52,943 nt of DNA from assembly GCA_963766075.1 (NCBI GenBank), contig CAVYAN010000001.1, positions 1-52,943 on the forward strand, read 5' to 3'. Position 1 is the first letter of the stretch, and every line of letters begins with the position of its first letter. The stretch is from an uncultured cyanobacterium. GTDB taxonomy: Bacteria > Cyanobacteriota > Cyanobacteriia > Leptolyngbyales > Leptolyngbyaceae. The notes below the pieces were generated by a model that was given only the letters and a program-made list of their open reading frames with translations, had not been told where the DNA came from and searched no databases. Position numbers and translations under genes: made by a program. Positions 48,837 to 52,943 of the stretch are shown here, piece after piece.

Positions 48837-51791
48837 ATGAACACGCCCCCCCATGACTTGATTTACACCGATTGGACGCTGATTGAACCGCAATTCGATC
48901 CAGCGCAATTGCATGCTAGAGAAACCGTATTCACAATCGGCAACGGCTATTTAGGAACGCGGGGCAGCTTTGAAGAGGGCTATCCCGGCGCGGTCCCCGC
49001 CACCTTAGTGCATGGAGTCTACGACGCAGTGCCCGTGGTCTACAGCGAACTGGCCAATTGCCCCGACTGGTTGTCCTTGGTGGTGATCGTCAATGAAGAG
49101 CGGTTTCGCCTCGATCGCGGCGATCTGATCCACTACGAACGCCAGCTTGACCTGCGTCACGGCATCCTGAGTCGATCGGTGCGCTGGCGCAGTCCCGCCG
49201 GAAATACCTTGGATTTACGGTTTGAGCGCTTTGCCAGCTTGGCCGATCCGCAGGTGTTGGGCGTGCGCTGCCAGATTACACCCGTAGATTTTGATGGGGC
49301 GATCGAGGTCCAGTCCAGTATTAATGGCTATCCTGAAAATCAAGGCTTTGACCACTGGGAGCGGCTCGATCAGGGCAAACTCGATCAGGGTAAACTCGAT
49401 CAGAACAAGCCAGATCTGGGTAAGCCAGCGGGTAAACCGAATCGAGGCCAGCCAGTGCAAGGTGTCTGGCTCCAGGTGCGCACCCGGAGCTCGCGCATCG
49501 AACTGGGCATGGCGGCCAAAATGACAGTCGTCGGCACCGATGCCGTCCTCCAGGTAACCAATACTCCCGGCTATCCCACCTTGACGACCACCTTTAACGC
49601 CACCGTTGGGCAAACCGTCACCATCGAAAAGATCGTGACCTTATTCACCACCCACGAAGCGGAGCATCCGGTGCCAGCGGCGCAGACCAAATTGGCAGCC
49701 CTGCCTACCTATGCGGTGCTGCTCGAAGCGCATCAGCAGGCGTGGAACGCCGTATGGCAGCACAGTGACATCGAGATTGGCGGCAATAGCCAAGCGCAGT
49801 TGGCCGTGCGCTACAACTTGTTTCAACTTTTCATCGGGGCCTCTCCCCACAATGAGCGGGTCAGTGTTCCCGCTAAAACCCTGTCAGGGTTTGGCTACCG
49901 GGGGCACGTCTTTTGGGATACCGAAATTTTTATCCTGCCTTTTTTCACCCTGACGCAACCGACGATCGCCCGCAACTTGCTGACCTATCGCTATCACACC
50001 CTCGACGGTGCCCGCCGCAAAGCGGCCCACGGGGGGTATAAGGGAGCCATGTTTTCCTGGGAAAGTGCGGCCACCGGCGATGAGGTGACGCCCCGCTGGT
50101 CAATGCCCAACGATCCCTACGTGGAAGATGTGCGCATTTGGTGCCGCGATCGCGAAATTCACATCAGTGCTGACGTGGCCTATGCTGTCTGGCAATACTG
50201 GCAAGCTACAGGCGACGACCTCTGGCTGCGCGACTATGGCGCTGAAATCATCCTGGATACCGCCCTATTCTGGATGAGCCGAGTGGAGTGGAACGCACGA
50301 CAGGAGCGCTATGAACTCTGCGGCGTGATTGGAGCCGATGAATACCACGAACAGGTGAATAACAATGCCTTCACCAATCGCATGGTGCAGTGGCATCTCG
50401 AAAAGGCTGTTGCCGTTTATGAGTGGTTGCAGCACAGCTTTCCCGATCGCGCGGTGGACTTAGCCGACAGGCTGAAAATCACCCCCGAGCGCCAGCGGCG
50501 CTGGCAAGCGATGATCGCGCAGATGTATATTCCCCACGATGCCAGCACAGGACTGATTGAGCAGTTTGAGGGTTTTTTCCAGCTCAAGGATATTGACCTC
50601 AATGACTATGAACCCCGCGATCGCTCAATTCAAGCGGTGCTCGGCATTGTCGAAACCAATCAACGGCAAGTGCTGAAGCAGCCCGACGTGCTGATGCTGC
50701 TTTACCTGATGCGCGGCACGCACGCCTTTCCTTATCGCTACGATGTGCTACAAACCAACTGGGACTACTACGCGCCCCGCACCGATATCACCTATGGCTC
50801 ATCCCTAGGACCCGCCATTCACGCCATTCTTGCCGCTGATTTGGGTGCCGCCTGCTTGGGTGCCGCCGATCCCTATGAGCAGTTTATGCGGGCCGCCCTA
50901 GTGGATCTAGAAGATACACGCGGCAACACCAACGACGGCATTCATGCCGCATCGGCGGGCGGAGTTTGGCAAGCGGTGATTTTCGGCTTTGGCGGCATTC
51001 AATTACAGGACGACGGCCCGATCGCCACGCCCCACCTGCCACCCACCTGGACCCGCCTCAAATTCAAATTGCACTGGCGTGGCACCTGGCATAGTTTTGA
51101 TCTATTGCCCTCCCAGGGTCACCCGCCTCAGCCTTTGACTCCGGACATCCAGGGGGTAATCTTTGACCTCGATGGGGTGTTGACGGACACAGCAGAATTT
51201 CATTACCGGGCTTGGCAACGACTGGCCGACGAAGCCGGACTGCCCTTCAATCGACAGGCCAATGAAGCCCTGCGGGGCGTGTCGCGACGCGAATCGTTGC
51301 AGCTCATTGTCGGGGATAAACCGTATTCAGAAGTCGCACTTCAGGACATGATGGAGCGCAAAAATAACTACTATCTAGAATTGATTCAAACCATTACGCC
51401 CCAAGCGGTATTGCCGGGAGTCATCGAACTATTGGACGAACTGCGGCGATCGGGAATTAAAATTGCAATTGGTTCGGCCAGCAAAAATGCCCACAGTGTG
51501 ATCGAGAAGTTGGGCATCGGCGATCGCGTCGATGCGATCGCCGATGGTTTCAGCGTGGAACATCCCAAGCCCGCTCCGGATCTATTTCTGTTCGCTGCTA
51601 AGCAGCTAGGACTCGACCCCGCCCACTGTGTCGTTGTGGAAGATGCCGCTTCGGGGATTGCTGCGGCGATCGCCGCGGGCATGGGCACGATTGGTCTGGG
51701 ACCCCGCGATCGGGTGGGTGCAGCCCAGATTGTTCTTCCTAATCTGGTCGGCGTTCACCTGGCCGATCTTCAGGCTGCGGCAACATATTGA
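48837..51791 (+). CDS. GH65 glycoside phosphorylase fused to C-terminal beta-phosphoglucomutase (HAD)
   Basis: GNGYLGTRG, GYRGHVFWDTE, GADEYHE, KQPDV, GSSL (GH65); FDLDGVLTDT, KPAPD, VEDA (beta-PGM). Confidence 0.92.
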   Translation: MNTPPHDLIYTDWTLIEPQFDPAQLHARETVFTIGNGYLGTRGSFEEGYPGAVPATLVHGVYDAVPVVYSELANCPDWLSLVVIVNEERFRLDRGDLIHYERQLDLRHGILSRSVRWRSPAGNTLDLRFERFASLADPQVLGVRCQITPVDFDGAIEVQSSINGYPENQGFDHWERLDQGKLDQGKLDQNKPDLGKPAGKPNRGQPVQGVWLQVRTRSSRIELGMAAKMTVVGTDAVLQVTNTPGYPTLTTTFNATVGQTVTIEKIVTLFTTHEAEHPVPAAQTKLAALPTYAVLLEAHQQAWNAVWQHSDIEIGGNSQAQLAVRYNLFQLFIGASPHNERVSVPAKTLSGFGYRGHVFWDTEIFILPFFTLTQPTIARNLLTYRYHTLDGARRKAAHGGYKGAMFSWESAATGDEVTPRWSMPNDPYVEDVRIWCRDREIHISADVAYAVWQYWQATGDDLWLRDYGAEIILDTALFWMSRVEWNARQERYELCGVIGADEYHEQVNNNAFTNRMVQWHLEKAVAVYEWLQHSFPDRAVDLADRLKITPERQRRWQAMIAQMYIPHDASTGLIEQFEGFFQLKDIDLNDYEPRDRSIQAVLGIVETNQRQVLKQPDVLMLLYLMRGTHAFPYRYDVLQTNWDYYAPRTDITYGSSLGPAIHAILAADLGAACLGAADPYEQFMRAALVDLEDTRGNTNDGIHAASAGGVWQAVIFGFGGIQLQDDGPIATPHLPPTWTRLKFKLHWRGTWHSFDLLPSQGHPPQPLTPDIQGVIFDLDGVLTDTAEFHYRAWQRLADEAGLPFNRQANEALRGVSRRESLQLIVGDKPYSEVALQDMMERKNNYYLELIQTITPQAVLPGVIELLDELRRSGIKIAIGSASKNAHSVIEKLGIGDRVDAIADGFSVEHPKPAPDLFLFAAKQLGLDPAHCVVVEDAASGIAAAIAAGMGTIGLGPRDRVGAAQIVLPNLVGVHLADLQAAATY

Positions 51792-51899
51792 AGCCCTGTG
51801 CTCCCTGAGCGTACGTCAGGGAGCACAGGGCTACGCTCAGGGAGCAATTGTCTGTGGGCCGAGCGGAGCCGTAGTTTGCTTCCCGCAGGGTAGCCAGCG
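51792..51899. repeat. REP/MITE-like palindromic element, copy B (inverted relative to copy A)
   Basis: Perfect 17-bp stem 51792-51808/51816-51832, followed by a 67-nt inverted match to 45841-45907. Confidence 0.8.
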
Positions 51900-51930
51900 G
51901 GTAGTTTGTTTAACAGTTAACAGAAATTGC

Positions 51931-52943
51931 CTAAGCAATCAGTTGTGCAACGCGCAAGGCAGAGGTAATTGCACCCTCATGTAACCCATCTCCCAGATAG
52001 GCTCCTGCATGGTACGTGTGGTTTTCGCCGTTCGTGGCTACGACCTCATCGCGATATCGAAACGATGCTGTGGTGTATAGCGGCGTGTGATGATCCTGAC
52101 AGTGAATCAGGCGATCGCGATCAATTAACTCTTCGAGCTGGTACGAGAGGAAATAGCGCTGGGGGGACACAATGCCACAGAGCTGGTTGAGGCAACTGTT
52201 ATACCCCCAGCGACTGGCTGTCTGAAAGAAATCAAATTCTGAAGGCTGCGTAATGCCAAAACGACTGTACAGGGATGAATCCTGATGCACGATGCTGGTC
52301 ACATAATTCGCCTTCCAGTCGGAAAACCGTTGGCGTTCCGCATCGGTGGGGTCAGCAAGCAACGCCATCACCTGGTCAGGGGGGGTTGCAAAAACGACTT
52401 TATCAAACTCCTGAATTTCACCCGTCCTATGCACAATTTTGACCGCCTCCGCGCTTCTGAAAACCTGGTCAATCTCAGCATTCAACAAAATCGTGCCCGT
52501 GAATCGTGCCAGGATTTTTTCAATGTAGGAATACACACCGCCCTTGACTCTGACCCAGTTGACGGCAACGTAATCGCGCAAAACTGGAATCGCCAATTCT
52601 GCGGGAAAATCATCAATCTGCTCCAACGGCATGGAGTAACTGTACATGACCAACAGTTTAAGCCACGTATTGCGTGTGCAGGGGCGTTTTAAGTAGTGAG
52701 AGAGCGGCTGATTGTAGAATTCCTGTTGATTAGCAAAACGGATTCGGAGCCATAGCCCAGCGGAACGGGCGTAGAGGGTATCGAGGCGCAAGTGTTCGGT
52801 CAAGCGACGGATCCCCGCAAAATTCCGCTGAATGGTGACACCGGATAGAAAGTGACGGCCATTTTGAAAAAACAAGGCAGAACCAATCGTGACGGGTTCA
52901 AGTTCTACGCCCAGTTCTTGCATCAGCGCGATGAAGTTGTGAA
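51931..52943 (-). CDS. FAD-dependent oxidoreductase (amine oxidase/COG2907-like), 5'-partial
   Basis: VKGGVYSY, FDKVVFATPPDQ, HHTPLY, GAYLGDGLHEGA; frame open to the window edge. Confidence 0.8.
   Translation of the reverse strand, partial: HNFIALMQELGVELEPVTIGSALFFQNGRHFLSGVTIQRNFAGIRRLTEHLRLDTLYARSAGLWLRIRFANQQEFYNQPLSHYLKRPCTRNTWLKLLVMYSYSMPLEQIDDFPAELAIPVLRDYVAVNWVRVKGGVYSYIEKILARFTGTILLNAEIDQVFRSAEAVKIVHRTGEIQEFDKVVFATPPDQVMALLADPTDAERQRFSDWKANYVTSIVHQDSSLYSRFGITQPSEFDFFQTASRWGYNSCLNQLCGIVSPQRYFLSYQLEELIDRDRLIHCQDHHTPLYTTASFRYRDEVVATNGENHTYHAGAYLGDGLHEGAITSALRVAQLIA

Larger units (their letters stand above)
5939..52118. repeat. HIP1 (GCGATCGC) highly iterated palindrome, dispersed throughout the cyanobacterial segment
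   Basis: Dozens of GCGATCGC octamers from 5939 to 52118; none found by eye in 1-4890. Confidence 0.9.

Overview
The window looks like a chimera of two genomes. Bases 1 to about 4892 are high-GC sequence in which I found no HIP1 site, and they read as alphaproteobacterial (Bradyrhizobium-like). They carry a three-gene secreted module: a DUF4403 protein, a LIP-type lipase with a +1 frameshift, and a Tat-exported YihQ-like GH31 glycosidase that is cut off at the junction. From about 4893 to the end the DNA is cyanobacterial, with abundant GCGATCGC HIP1 sites, ndhB, nhaS3 and cyanobacterial topA. Most of it is housekeeping and accessory genes: M16 protease, puuE, a Ser/Thr kinase-CHASE2 protein, adenosine deaminase, an RluA-like protein lacking the catalytic Asp, crcB, a GAF-GAF histidine kinase, fructokinase, a CBM20-SGNH-DUF1796 fusion, an S8 protease and a TetR/hydrolase/MOSC unit. 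It also holds an interrupted, truncated large LamG protein gene and a sugar cluster: class I aldolase and a histidine phosphatase, divergent from a frameshifted SusB-like sucrose synthase and a GH65-beta-PGM fusion. No rRNA, tRNA, CRISPR array or transposase was recognised. The best leads are the putative secreted glycolipid-harvesting operon with a remodelled sulfonate pocket, inverted ~67-nt repeats bracketing the Sus/GH65 cassette, pervasive unrelated 12-18 bp tandem duplications, 21-bp and 11-bp phased arrays, and an RluA pseudo-enzyme. All family calls come from motif recognition, not database searches.
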